A stretch of DNA of 64,000 nucleotides. It comes from Balanoglossus misakiensis. Its lineage: Eukaryota; Animalia; Hemichordata. The stretch covers positions 9,636,088-9,700,087 of the forward strand of contig CM082590.2 of assembly GCA_040954595.2 (NCBI GenBank). Reading direction: 5' to 3'. Positions 36,110-52,325 of this stretch are shown here, in pieces (the stretch's first letter is position 1; every line of letters starts with the position of its first letter). A program made the position numbers and the translations under genes. The notes beneath the pieces were generated by a model. It worked only from the letters and a program-made list of their open reading frames with translations. It was not told where the DNA came from and did no database searches.

Positions 36110-37979
36110 TTACTTGCCTCCCCCATAGGCTGAGAAAGTGATACAGCCTGGATCTGAAAATAATTACAAAGCCGTATGAAAATAATAGATTGACAGTGGT
36201 ACAGTAATGATGTCCGGCGACTATAGTTTAGGTCTCCATCTGTCTGTGTCTTATCTGTCTCACACATTGTGACACACACACACACTTAACAACCCATTTT
36301 CCACTTAAATTATGATTGCATCTGTACAAAAACTACGAGAAGGAACTTTCCATACACTGTCTACAGTTAATACAAAATAAAGCAGATATCTGATTTCTTA
36401 CCTTGAATTTCACACACAAAGCCTTTTGGACGTTCACCACAATATTCATCACCCCATAAACCATTGTGACCAAATCGAAACCTACAGGAATATCAAAGAT
36501 AACCTTACTTATTTTCTACTTGACCACATATAAAAAACAGTGCAGTTGTACTGATCAATGGCCAGTATATTCTTTGCCACATCACATTAATAACATGTCC
36601 ATATACCAATGTTTGTACACCAATTTCTCGCAATATTTAATGCAATGATATGACTCGCTTACTAATTTTATATGTAGATGTTACGTTTTCAATGAAAATA
36701 GTCATATAACATAAACTACTATTAACTAGACAATAATATGGTTATATCATGGTCGTCTTACCATAATTGAACACAATCTTGTCCGTCTGTGGACTTTTTG
36801 GGGTTGTTATTGGGTTCCCCGGGAGCCCATGCACTAAAATCGCCGGGACACAAGGCGTCACCATCAGCCCAGATGAAGCTGCCTTCTGTTAAGCGATCGG
36901 TCAAACCAATCCAGAAGCCGTGGTTTGGAATGCAAGCCTCATTGTCCAGTTGGTTATTGATGATAAAGTTCAGGACGTGGTTGTACCGTTCTTGACTGTT
37001 GAGAATTGCGAGTCTACCAAAGGACCCGCCTGGCACTAAACATCTCGCTTTGCAGAAATTTTCCGCTTCCTGATAGTACTCGCCGGCAGGTTGTTGACAA
37101 TAGTATTCATACTTTATGCACATGCAGTCGTCATCTTTGATTTTCAGAGAGCTGGATGCTACAATCATATACAGAAACACAAATATTCGTCAGAACACAA
37201 TCGATGACATTGTGATGTATTTTCATACAGAGATTTATGTCCATTAATGTACAATGTAGCAAAGTTTTAATAAACACCAATTCGCGAGTTCCGATTTCAA
37301 AATGAAGAAGAAAGTCGACATGATTTTCCCAGTTTGAGGGCATAGTCTCTTTTAGCTTTAATATATTCTGGACATACTCATAGCTGTTAGAATGATCACT
37401 GAATGATACACAATTGTCAGAAGCAAAAATTGGATGAATGTATAAAATTGCCTCTCACCTTGGTAATCATACTTAATCACCGAAAAACGAAATACAGAAC
37501 GAGAAAAACAGGGAACATGAATTTCAAATACAAATATTGTACAACAGAAATTCAAAGATGATCTTTCAGGCATAAGAGTAAATCATGTTTCAGAAATCTT
37601 GTCCCTGCAGGTAAAATAAAGAAAATATGCAACAAAAAATGAAAATAAACCAAATTACCGTTATAGGAACTATACCACAGGGCGAAAATCCCTGTGCCAA
37701 CAATAATCCCTGCAAGTGGAAAACAAGTTTGTAAAACTGAAGGCCAGCTGTTCTAAAAGTAGTATAATATACATTGTGGTATATCAGCATATTAGTGCAA
37801 CATACCAACAAAATACATGGTTGTGATGATTAGATAACTTCAAGCCATGGTTACACAGGTTTATATATATGGGCTTCCTTTAATATTCAAAAGTAAAATG
37901 AAGACTGACGTACAAAACTTGATTCGACATCAGGCACATAAATAGAGCAGACAATCACGAAACAGAAGATCCAATTCAT
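36110..37979 (-). CDS. Secreted single-domain C-type lectin (EPN, WGD), paralog B (tandem duplicate)
   Basis: Exons 37979-37914 (MNWIFCFVIVCSIYVPDVESSF), 37709-37659, 13-nt microexon 37471-37459, 37158-36762 (FWIGLTD, WAPGEPNN, DCVQLW), ~36481-36402 (GLWGDEYC..KGFVCE) and 36153-36110 (..GGGK*). The 3' UTR is similar to paralog A. Confidence 0.9.
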
Positions 37980-39243
37980 GGCGTTTTCTTTCTGAGAAAT
38001 AAACATTAGCAGAGAAAGTTTTTGATGATTGTAAGAACTATTAACAGAAACATGACATGTATTAATAACAAATATTGAGAAAGTTCTAAGTTTTAGCTAC
38101 TATAAAATTTGTCATATACAATCTTCAATTTGCAAACGCAGCTGTTGAAATGTCTTGATCAGTCTAATAGCAATAACTTTCAAATCATTAATAAAAACTG
38201 ACAGCAGATCTGTACAGCAAATAATATTCAAGTTTTCCTTACCTCAACGATGTCTTCTTAAACCAATTCGTTTGGGAAGGTGGTTATTACATAAGCAATC
38301 CACATATTTATAATATACACCACCTGGTCAAAATACTGAAATGAATCACGAGATTTATAATCCCAGGTGAAATTAAGCTTCATAGCGTAAGGTCTTTTCT
38401 TTGATAGAATCTTAAATAACAGCGAAATTTTGCCTATTAAAATTCTGATGAAATTAAGCTTCAAAAAGTTAGGTCTTTTCTTTGTTAGACGTGTATGTTA
38501 CGTAGAGTTTTGTCTGCAGAAAATCCTGTTCATCTGGTCACTTAATGCAGTAGCACGAATCAAATCATATACATTTACCTGCCATCTGAAAGTGCATTAT
38601 GGTAAGACTATATACGCAAATATGACAACGTCTGACTCCTAGCAAGACTGTTTTTTGTATACTCTGGGATTTCCAGAAAAATCCTCAGGTTGATAACTTT
38701 TAATAATTGTCATTAAATCTTTCATATGATTTTCATGAATTACTAACTATACATCTATATTGAAAATACGTATTCACGGCATATGGGTATTTGTATTTTA
38801 ATTGTATGCAAGTGGTATGTTGTTGTTGATATTATTCTTTTATTGTTATTGTTATTATTAATTGTCATAGTGTCAATTTTTTTCTTGTTTTTTAAGTTTC
38901 AAGTTGAGAGAAACACACAGATTAATATCATAATCATAAGATAAATACAACGTACCAAAATTAAGTGACATTTAAAATCAATAACAGCATTTCTTTCCTG
39001 AACAATATTAGACTGAGTATTATATGAGGAAGATGGAGGTTCAGCAAAGTGTGAGTGTCATTTCAACAATTGTACTCAGAATTTTCCCCAGAGTCAATTC
39101 CTGATGCACCAAATTTCCTCTACTTTTCCCTTATAGGCACACAAGGATTTGGCATTTCCAGATGGATTTTTTGTTCAAGGAAGAACAGACATCCAATGGC
39201 ACTGACAGAAATTTGCTGAAAGGAAGAGGTATGTGCATCTGCC

Positions 39244-39336
39244 TTAACCCTATCACCCCCAGTTTCCTCTTTAGAGGTCCAACCTGGCCACAAAAAACAA
39301 TGAGTTTGGACTGAACCATTGCGATGAAAGTGTTGA
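39244..39336 (-). mobile_element. ~93-bp TTAA/piggyBac-type MITE copy (reverse orientation)
   Basis: ttaaccctatcacccccagtttcctctttagaggtccaac...tttggactgaacca...tgaaagtgttga is the reverse complement of the 60300 copy. Confidence 0.8.
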
Positions 39337-39440
39337 TCCCGGGGAATCATTATTGGGTGTTACATTCAAATGCTGTTCCTGTTATCTGTTGGACCATAGT
39401 TATCTAGCTAGATAGATAAACAGACAATAGACCGACAGCT

Positions 39441-39520
39441 TGAGAGAGAGAGAGAGAGAGGGGTGGGGGAGGGAGGGAGAGAGAGGGGGAGAGGAGAGGA
39501 GAGAGAGAGTGAGAGAGAGA
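39441..39520. repeat. (GA)n-rich microsatellite
   Basis: gagaga/ggga tract. Confidence 0.85.
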
Positions 39521-40171
39521 TGGATTGTGTTTGTTTTCATTTGACCGCCACTTGCTATTTTTCAACCAATGGAGGCATCTTCAGCTACCCTTGGATGCGC
39601 GTACGGAACAGAATCGGTTCTGTCGGCCATGAAGAAGAAATCACTGCACAGCCTTTTTGACTTTGTTACTAAGGAATGCGCTGGACTAAGTCTGAACACA
39701 TGTTTTTCTACATGTCATCAAACACAAGTTTGTCCAACTCAGTTTTTACTTTTGACCCGTTTTCTTATGTCGGCCATGAAGACTCCTGATATAATCAAAA
39801 TGATTAGCATGGTAGGTATATAAGCACTTATATGTTATTGATGTGTAAAACTCTCATTGAATACACTATTATGTTCCTTGCAGATATGATTTATTTTGAT
39901 TTTCAAAGCAATCCATCCAGTAGCGCAATTTTCATCAATGATTAATTATAAGTATACATTACATTCTGTTACATACATGCATACTGGTACATACATACAT
40001 ACATACATACATACAGACAGACAGACAGACAGACAGACCTACATATATACAGATTGACTAAGCAAGGACACATGTAATTTTATTTCATTTCACTTTAATG
40101 AACAGTGTGACAACAGTTCAATGTTTTCGTCTCTGAAATTACATATATCAGAATGCATTAAGCCAGGAGGA

Positions 40172-41038
40172 TTATACAAGTTGTGGTACTGGTGCGAACA
40201 CCTGTGACTTCCTCCCATTGGTTAGTTCTAAAATCCCCATGGTAACTAGAGGAAGCATCATGGTTGCTAGAAGATACAGCCAATAGGGTAACGGCGAGGT
40301 GCTTCCCATTGGCCACAGCCAGAGTCCTCTTCGTGTCCCGTCTCTGATGTGATGTGAGAGCCAGGCGACTGTAAAGATCCAATGAAGGGGACGGAGACGC
40401 GCGATTGGATGGAAATAGTCCGCTAATATGAGAATACACGCAATCACAGGGATTATCGTTGTTGCATGGAATGGTGGTCGGGACTTCAGGGACAGCGCAT
40501 CCTGGAAATAGATAGAAATTAAACAGAAATTATGACTCTTTCATTATCAGTACATTCACCTATCAGAGCACTCAACATAAAGAGTGCCAGAATGTGTACC
40601 CAGAAGCATTGAGGTAGCTGCTTTCGGATTGGTTGAGTAGCTTGGAAAAAAACAAGACAGACATCCAAGAACAGAACAGCCAAGAATCAGTAAATTTAAA
40701 GATCGTGCCAACTCTACATCTGATTTAATCAGACTGGATCTGTACTGTACCTTTAGATCCCATGACCTTGCAGCAAAGAAGTGATCGAGATCCACAATGC
40801 TCGACAACACACCACAAAGGATCGCTTGCAAGACAGAATCTATTCTCTGCAATCCACCAATCAGCGACCAGCACCACAGACCCACAACAGCATGTGTACC
40901 ATTATCAACTATTGCACGTAAGACCATATTCTTCGATATCCATGGCAACTGCAGGATGGCATCACCAGCTACACAGAAACCTCCCAGCAAGGCGCACCCA
41001 ATCACGCGTTTCCATGACAACATGTCAAGTAATGTCAT
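40172..41038 (-). CDS. TMEM267: Transmembrane protein 267
   Basis: Exon 41038-40751: LGGFCVAGD..LQ...LRAIVDNGTHAVVGLWCW...GVLSSIVDLDHFFAARSWDLK. Exon ~40502-40172: DALSLKSRPPFHAT...AWLSHHIRDGTRRGLWLWPMGSTSPLPYWLY. Both match characteristic TMEM267 motifs. Confidence 0.92.
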
Positions 41039-41389
41039 TTCAGAGGCGTTGTCAGGACATGTGGTTCTAACACATGTATATCATCTCTGGGGCTTCAAGC
41101 CAAAAGTTCATATTGTGCTGCATGCTATACAGATTCCTGAAAGAGTATGAGAGAGAGTGGATATATATATAGAATTTATGACAAATCACTTAAGGAATAT
41201 ATCTGAATGATGATTGAGTTAAGTCCTGCGTACGTACAGGTTTGTGTTTAATTACGGGGCTAGGAATGATGCAAGACGTGCACTTCACCCTGGAAATCAG
41301 CTGCAGTATCGGTGTTGGACACCAAACATTACAGATCTCATGAAACAACAAACGAGGAATCTGGTTAAATGTGGGCGGGGCAGGGCGAT

Positions 41390-41645
41390 CGAGCTGGGGG
41401 CGGGGCAGTTACCGGACGATCGAGTGAGTGTAAGCTCACGGGATTGTACATCAAGTGTGCAATTTTTCTCGGCTCACAATAACAGTGGAAGAAACTCCTA
41501 CCTTCATCATATTAATGCAACGTCTCGCAAAGTCCTGTAGTGTAATCGGTTTCATCATTGTCGATGTCATCATTGTCAGTTACTTCCGCATTGTGAAGTG
41601 CGCATGCTCAAGAAATGAACCTAAATGAACTTCGGCCTTCGACGT
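41390..41645. promoter_or_regulatory. Probable bidirectional promoter between TMEM267 and the sulfatase
   Basis: Head-to-head genes; GC box (ggggcggggc ~41397), ACTTCCG ETS site (~41582), TGCGCATGCTCA NRF1-like motif (~41599) and GACGTCA (~41641). Confidence 0.5.
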
Positions 41646-42037
41646 CAGAATACTAGTACATTTACTTTATTCACAATTGGCCTGACGAAAATCCGTGACT
41701 TATTTGCAGTTCTCTTTCACGAAAGTTAAACATATGCATACTGAAAACTTATGAAAACAAATCTTTTAACGTATATATCTATAGAATTGTATAGTCTATA
41801 GAAACTTATTTGTAATTTGGAGAATGTTTTGGGACATCTTTTAGTAGTGCAGTTTTGGCCAATTTTCTGATTGAACTCTATGGAGATGTCAACATCTGGA
41901 GTGTGCTCTCATAGACATTTTCACAAGGGATTAGACGAAGGTTGTGTGTAGGTCCCTTTTGGCCTTTATACAGGGTTGGTTGTCAGTCTGTATACCAGGA
42001 GATTTACAATATATGTCCTTGTTTTATCAAGGGCATC

Positions 42038-44132
42038 ATGATGGCGTCTCTCGGCTGCAAAAGGTTGCTGTTGCTCGTATTCCAACTTGTGTTCTCTTTC
42101 CCACCCTCAAACGCCACGCCAACTCCAAATTCCCCAAACGTTGTGCTGTTCCTGGTCGACGATTTGGGATATGGTGACCTGGGTTGCTACGGAAACGAGA
42201 GTGTGACGACGCCGAATATTGACCGTTTGGCGTCTGAGGGGATAAAGTTCACGCGTATGTACTCACAGTCGAGTTGTACTCCAAGCAGAGCGTCATTGTT
42301 AACAGGTATTGCACGGTAGTACTTTCCAGTTCGACCAAAACCTGCAAAAATGTTACCTTGGTTATCATGAAACTCGAAATCTGAACGAGTAGATTTCTAA
42401 GCCTCGGCATTTCCTAATACAGAAAGGATGTGATATTGTCTTCACAAGGTGAAAACCTTTATTTATGCAGACCCTAAAGAAACCATTGCTGTCACACAGT
42501 TGTACTATCGTCACCCTTGCGGAACGTGAAGATTAAGAGTTAGGATTATGTCTGGTCCAGATATAGTTCTCAATTATTGCCATAATTTTGCATTTTAGAA
42601 GATGGCCACTCTGATTCTACCATATAAATATAAAGTGGCTATTTATAGACACTTTCATTGCAGGTCGTTATCCTATCAGAAATGGAATGCTGAGAGACAG
42701 ACAACCGTTTTATGTCTTTAAAAGTCCAGCACAAAGTGGTGGCTTACCGGAGAGTGAGATCACTTTAGCTGAAATCTTTAAAGACAAGGGTTATGCGACA
42801 GCGATAGTTGGGAAGTGGCATCTTGGAGTTGGTAGTGGAGGGAAATTTTTACCGACAAACCAAGGTTTCGACTACCATTATGGTATTCCAGGGACCCACA
42901 TTGAGGTGTGTGGAACACCTGGGACAACTTCTCATTTAGGGAAACCCCTCGTCTTGTTTTATTTATCATCGACGTACAAATCATGGATCGCCATCCAGGG
43001 CATTATCATCTGCCCGTGGCTTTTGTCCTTCATAGGGAAGAAGACACTTGGTCTTGCTCTAATATTGGTCCTGTTGTGGGCTATGAGCGAATACTTGATC
43101 ATGGTGAATTTTACACACCACGGATCGCCGAAAGTATGTATTCTTATGAGGAATGGGGAAATACTGGAACAGCCTTATAAAGCAGAGAATATGACGTTGA
43201 GATTGGTCCAGGAGGCGGTGCAGTTCATATCAGAGAATAAAAATCGCCCTTTCTTTCTGTACTTGCCCTTCCTCAAACTACATTCAAGTGTTTTTGCCTC
43301 GGCGTCTTTCAAGGGGAAGTCTGGTCTTGGTCTCCATGGCGACGCCTTGATGGAGCTGGACTGGAGTGTTGGGCAGGTGGTGCGACATCTGAAAATGCAA
43401 AGTGTGTTGGACAACACGTTGATATTTCTGCTGTCAGATAATGGTCCTAATACTGTAGGCGTCAATGGGATTCGTAAACCTCCAGGTGTTGGCGGATCCA
43501 CTGGCGTTGTGGCCAACTTTAAAGGGGAGCTTATCCAACAGAGAGGGAGCAAGATCAGCCTATACGAGGGAGGGATACACGTGCCAGCAATCATGCGATG
43601 GGAGGGGGTCATACCCCCAAATACATCATCAAACGCTCTGGTTTCTTTGATTGATGTCTTTCCGACTATGGCGGATATCTTGAACTATAAAATCTCTAAT
43701 CGCATCATTGATGGGAAGAGTCTTTTACCTTTGCTGAGAAATCCGACTAAGATTCCTAACCACCACGACTACACGCTTCATTACTGCAGCATATCCGCGC
43801 CGCCAGCGATAGTCCTTGGCAGACACAAGCTGCACTACATCCAACAATTTAACGATGGAAGTTGCCCTGGTGATGTCCTGGAGCAGCCAATCGTGTATGA
43901 TCTACAGACAGACCCGGGAGAACAGAATCCACTTCCTGTAGAGGAAACGATAGAAATCTCCCAGCGAGGACGACAAATCTTGGACAGCATGGAAAAGTCA
44001 CTACCAAAACAGATATCATCAGAAATTGATTCTATGGTGTTGCCTTGGTTATTCCCATGTGCGAATTTTCCATCTTGCCAGACCGAGGGTGACATAGAAG
44101 ACGATTTCAGTAATTTGGACCTACCAGAATAA
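42038..44132 (+). CDS. Steroid sulfatase / arylsulfatase D-H-like membrane-anchored sulfatase
   Basis: Exon 42038-42305: signal peptide, [25 protein letters not shown] and formylglycine motif [11 protein letters not shown]. Exon 42664-44132: RYPIRNG, GKWHLG, hydrophobic TM hairpin, [53 protein letters not shown]. Confidence 0.93.
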
Positions 44133-45727
44133 ATATCTGAAAAATCAAATATGTCTGTCTGTCAGATTATCATTTTGGTGCAGCTTCGACAAGAACATAA
44201 AAGTATACCAAAATTCATGTCAAGTGACTGATTCTGATAACCTGATTGGTAGTCGTGATATTAACGATCAAAAGGTGTCAAGTCAAGTTGATTTTATAAA
44301 TGAAAGTAGTTCTGTATCATTATTTGGGCGTGGTTTTCGTGCAACCGCATAACTTCTAGCCTTATTTCCCACTCGAAGTTGTACGACTCCGCGTATACAA
44401 GACTTTAATGTAAGCACCTTCCCACGTTCTGATAAGAGGGTTACAAGACACTGTTTCCATCTCCGTGGTTTTCGTTCTCTGAAGTCGATGGTGTAAGCTG
44501 ATTTTCGAATTTCAAGGTAGAGTTCAGATTTTTTAACGGGAGATCATAACTTGAGTATAAGATATACATGTAATGATAACATATCATCAGCCCAGTTCTT
44601 TTTTGATTCTCGAATTCATTTTCTCATAATACTGAAAATTTAAACTCAAAATCTGTACTTTTATTCTGTAAATAACTGTCGACGTCAAACACTGTATACT
44701 TTGTGTTGATTTTGCAGAGGTTATAATTTTAATTGTCAAGATTTTCGAAGTCAATTAAAGATCAGATTGACGTCTATATTTTTAAATACTTTTAAAATCT
44801 TAGCTTAAAGCGACTGAATAATGATGTATAATTATTTTGCCGTTCGTGTGAATTCCTTGTGTTATAAAGTGATTCATAATTATTTTGATTTATACAAAAT
44901 TCGAGAAGATTTTAGTCCTTGTTTGTAGAAATGTGTTATTTTGACTGTCGATTGCAAAACTAACATGAACATAATCATATGTTGTCTATTGATTTTCACG
45001 TTTTAGATTTTTCGATGTCGCGAGTATTAAACGATGTCTCCAATAATCGAAAACGTCAGGTTGAAAACACTAGTATTATTGTCCGTGCCAAACGCGAAGA
45101 CGACAAAACCTTGACTCACAAGAACTCGAAATCGTTTCCATGGGGATAGCGATGTATATAACATTGCGTGTCATAAACAGATGTTTGCTCGTCAAAAACT
45201 TTTTGTGAGTGTTTCTGTTGACAAAAGCCATGTCAAGTATTGTAAGACGAACCAATATCGCCTGTTGGAACGCCGATGGCAGACTTACTCAACAATGTAT
45301 TACGCATGCACCATCTGCAGTAATATTGCAAATATTGAATATGACGGATACTACTCGAATGTTAAGAGAATATATTCCGTTCCCTAAAAGTTTACTACTT
45401 GTTTCAGTTGGTTTATATTAAAAATATGTTGAATTAACTAACAGTAAAAGTTACGTTTATATTAGCTAATGCGTTTTATGCATTGTGGTTTGTAGGATTT
45501 CTCACTTCACTGTACCCACCTACCTTTCCCTTTGAAGATGGATCTTAGGTTTTTCACTGTGGCATCATGTAAGTATTTTCTGATTAAAAAAATTATCTTT
45601 CAATCGTGTTAGTATTTAGCATTAAAAAAATTAAATTATTACGATTATGAAAATTCAGATGGCCTTAGCTTGGCTACTGCTGAGAAAGACATGGTTGTAT
45701 TTTAGTTAGTTTAAAAGTCTGACTGAG

Positions 45728-46859
45728 ATGAAAATGTTTTTTTTTGTTTCTACAATAGTGATCATCAATATTAGTGTGGGGTCACCATCAAAAGATGTAA
45801 TTAAATGCTACAGTTGTAGTTACAATGAGGCTGATGGATCTGGAGACAAGAACTGCTTCCATGATTTCCATTCACCAACCAATGAGGTTACATGTTCGCC
45901 CGGGGATTCGTGTCAGGTAATTAATATACAGAACATTATACAGTATATTTGCATACAAAAACGGATGGTAGTGCGTACAGGTGTGTGATGCGGATTTGTG
46001 AGTATGGGTTTCACTTAGGATTCTTCAAATTCTCATATCACACAAGTGTTCGCACTACCTCCTTGCTCTGTATGACTCTCTTTCTTTTTCTCTCTCTCTC
46101 CCACACTCTGTCTCTGACTCTCTCCCTTTCGCTCTTTCTCTCTCTGTCTCTCTCTCTCTCTGTAAGAATTTGTGGCCCCCTTTTTTACTGCTGCTGCCTT
46201 GAAATTCGCATATCACAAATGTTGGCACTATTCTGACACTCTACCCCTCTCTATCTGTCTGTCCGTCTGTCTGCCCCTCACCCTCTCTCCTCTTTAATCT
46301 CTTTTGCTGACCAGCTGTACTCTTTTGTTCTCCAGGTGAAGATGAGGGTCGTTGTGCGTGGCATGACCGAGCCAGATATAGATGACTTAGATCAAGTGTG
46401 CCCATTTTGTTCGATTCAAGGTCGCAATATGAAACTACCGTTTCTGGCAAACGACACGTCGAATGTGGAATACAGCAGGCCCTTATGGTCTGTCTTACGG
46501 GGATGTGCTAGCAATTTATTCTGCTACAAACAGTGCAGTAAAAAAGACATTGAAAACAATTCAGGTAAGACCCACAAACAAGTCCTATACCGGTATATAC
46601 TGTAAAATGGGAAATATTTTGAGTGAGCATTGTTAAAAACGGAGGAATTTCTTTTCTGTCATTCTTTTTTTCCTCATTACAATATTGTCATGTTTCTAAG
46701 TCTTTTATTTGTTTTTCATTTCCTATTGTATTCCTAGATTATCCTGTATGTTCATACTGCTGTGATAAAGAACTTTGTAACACATACAGTGGGGCCAGTA
46801 TTGTCACCTCTGACCTCTTCATCATGATCCTGGGTGTTGTGATGTGTCTGACTCTATAG
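45728..46859 (+). CDS. Ly6/uPAR (three-finger) protein with signal peptide and GPI-anchor-like C-terminus
   Basis: Exons 45728-45916 (MKMFFFVSTIVIINISVG..IKCYSCSY...C..C...CQ), 46336-46564 (VK...VLRGCAS..C..C) and 46739-46859 (CSYCCDKELCN then SGA and a hydrophobic tail). Confidence 0.88.
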
Positions 46860-46952
46860 CAAGATGTCCAGATGTCTGGCAACTTCATTCAGAGTGCAGT
46901 TATCATCGATGATTAATTATGTATGTGTTGAGTATGTGTTGTGTAGTTTTAA

Positions 46953-47110
46953 CATACATACATACAATGATACATACAATGATACAATGATACATACATA
47001 CATACATACATACATACATACATACATACATACATACATACATGCATACAATGATACATACATACATACATACATACATATAATGATACATACATACATA
47101 CATACATACA

Positions 47111-47141
<31 letters not shown>

Positions 47142-47227
47142 TTACATACATACATACAATGATACAATGATACATACAATGATACAATGATACATACATA
47201 CATACATAAATACATACATACATACAG
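46953..47227. repeat. (TACA)n tetranucleotide microsatellite with TACAATGA interruptions
   Basis: Direct reading. Confidence 0.97.
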
Positions 47228-47910
47228 CAAATGAAGGCTGAATCACTAGCTTTTATTACAAAAAACACTCGAAACGTTAGTAACAAATATTTTGTTAAGT
47301 CTCCAGCAATCATAATCATTTCACATAAACATATCAACTACACCAGCCCAGCCTTTCATGATATTATTTGTATGCAAAAGTTTGTATACAGATGATGTTC
47401 ATGAAAATTGCTTGAGCACTGCAAAACAGAAAGTACAAGCTACTGACAATTAGTCACTACAAAATGACTCATGCAACTGGGAAAAAATAATGCTCAAAAC
47501 AATTGAAAGAAATACTGTCGGCCTAAATATGTACATAATTTCATTTCTGAGGGCACAATCATCACACAAGCATTGTGCGTTTCAAACCACGGCTGGCCAC
47601 GCTAGAAGCATACCAACACTGTATAAATCTACAACATACATGTAGATGAAAACTTGGCTGTAAGCAACACAAATTACAATTGAATAATTGTTGGGGTTCT
47701 GTTTATGAAATGTTTGGCTTTCTAGTTAAACACCCTTTACATGTGCAACAGCAAAAAGAAAACACAATATCATTATTGTAATTTTTCAGGCAACTTTTTG
47801 CCTCCTCAAATAAAAATCTCACAGAAAAACGTTTGCAGAGTGCTAGAGTTGTGCGCTCTCTGGAGTTGTTTGTTTTTGTTTGTTGTCTCCAGTAATGATT
47901 AGCGCCCTCT

Positions 47911-50981
<3,071 letters not shown>

Positions 50982-52239
50982 TGTGTGTGTCAAGGGTCGC
51001 TTAAAATAAATTGCAATGCCGATGTTCATTTGTCTGTTTACAGACACGTGTACACGTATTTAATAGGCGAGAATCGGTACGTTTTATCACAAAGATATTC
51101 GGTTTGGGAATTTTACCAAACCTGGAAAATATTTCACTTTATTGTAACGAACAGAAACAAACATAAACAGCTGTATCGAGCCTTAAATACTACACCGCGT
51201 CAGTCTATCCAATTTCAGGTCAATTTCAAATCCAAAGGATCCATTTCAATGTTTTCAACAAAAACATTCGTTTCACACGCCCCAACTCAGATTTTATCGA
51301 ACTGAGAAATTATGCCAATATAATTAATTATTGCAAATCTGTGAACGAAATACGTTCCACGTTTCAAATATGGTAAAACGGACTTTGCTCTCAATAATAC
51401 AAAATGGTGCGAAGAGATGAACTCGTTTCTAAAAGTAGGCCTAATACTCACCCTAACAATTCACGAAAAAGTCAGAAATTCATCGATTTCAAATTCGTTT
51501 CTTCTCAACCAGCTCTTAGAGCTACCGTTTGAATCCCAAAAGTATCGTACACTTTTCCAGTACTCCGGCCAATATGCTGTACAAACGATGTGTTCGTGCG
51601 TCCGTCCATAAAATAGCCATGCATTGACCACTACAGAACTGTCTGTCAATTTATTAACCATTATTAGATTTGTGAATAAATGTGTCAAACAACTGGGGGT
51701 AATAGATAACCTTTAGCTTAGAGTCGCTTTGATATGGGGACAGACGCCCTTAGTGGCTTCTTTTGCTCGTTTCTTTTGTTTTTAACTTTTCTCGTTTCTT
51801 TTGTTTTTAACTAGTAAGAATTTGAAATGGATATGAAAATGCATAGAGAGATTATCTTAGCTTACACAATTGCACGTTTCATTGTAGAAATATACTTAAA
51901 TATATTTATTTCAAGCAGTTATACAACTTTGGGGATGGGCACACGTTTTTTGTCCGTCAAATCTTATCCGATTGTACAGATTTACTGAGACTAAAATCTC
52001 TTATTCAGACCAAAACAGCAACTACAGATGAAAGTTTGGCTATTTCGGGAAGCCAATCCAATTAATTATGCATATGGATAACACTGAGTAAACTAACAAC
52101 AAAGTCCTCGATGGCATTTCTCAAAATGCACATTTCAACTTTCTAAAGATTCCAAAGCTGACTTTTAATGATTTCTCTCTTTCCTGACAGGCAACAGTTC
52201 CGAAAACTGTTGCCTGGCTAAGTTTGGAAAGCCTCATTT

Positions 52240-52325
52240 ACGTACGCGTGCGCACGCGCACGCCAGAAAAGTAAGATGGCGATATCGTCTGCTGCCGAGA
52301 CCAACTTGCTGAGAAATTTCTCGTT
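52240..52325 (+). promoter_or_regulatory. Probable MCC promoter (NRF1-like and YY1 motifs)
   Basis: cgcgtgcgcacgcgca followed by AAGATGGCG in a CpG-rich patch about 0.8 kb upstream of the MCC coding exon. Confidence 0.45.

Noticed and set aside
37590-37612. Extra exon in lectin B after a strong acceptor (ctgcag|GGACAAGATTTCTGA)
   Set aside because: Hits a stop after four codons and has no nearby donor; likely a cryptic or remnant duplicate acceptor.
46864-47337. ORFs with HTYI / MYVC repeats
   Set aside because: Translations of the (TACA)n microsatellite in 3' UTR or intergenic sequence.
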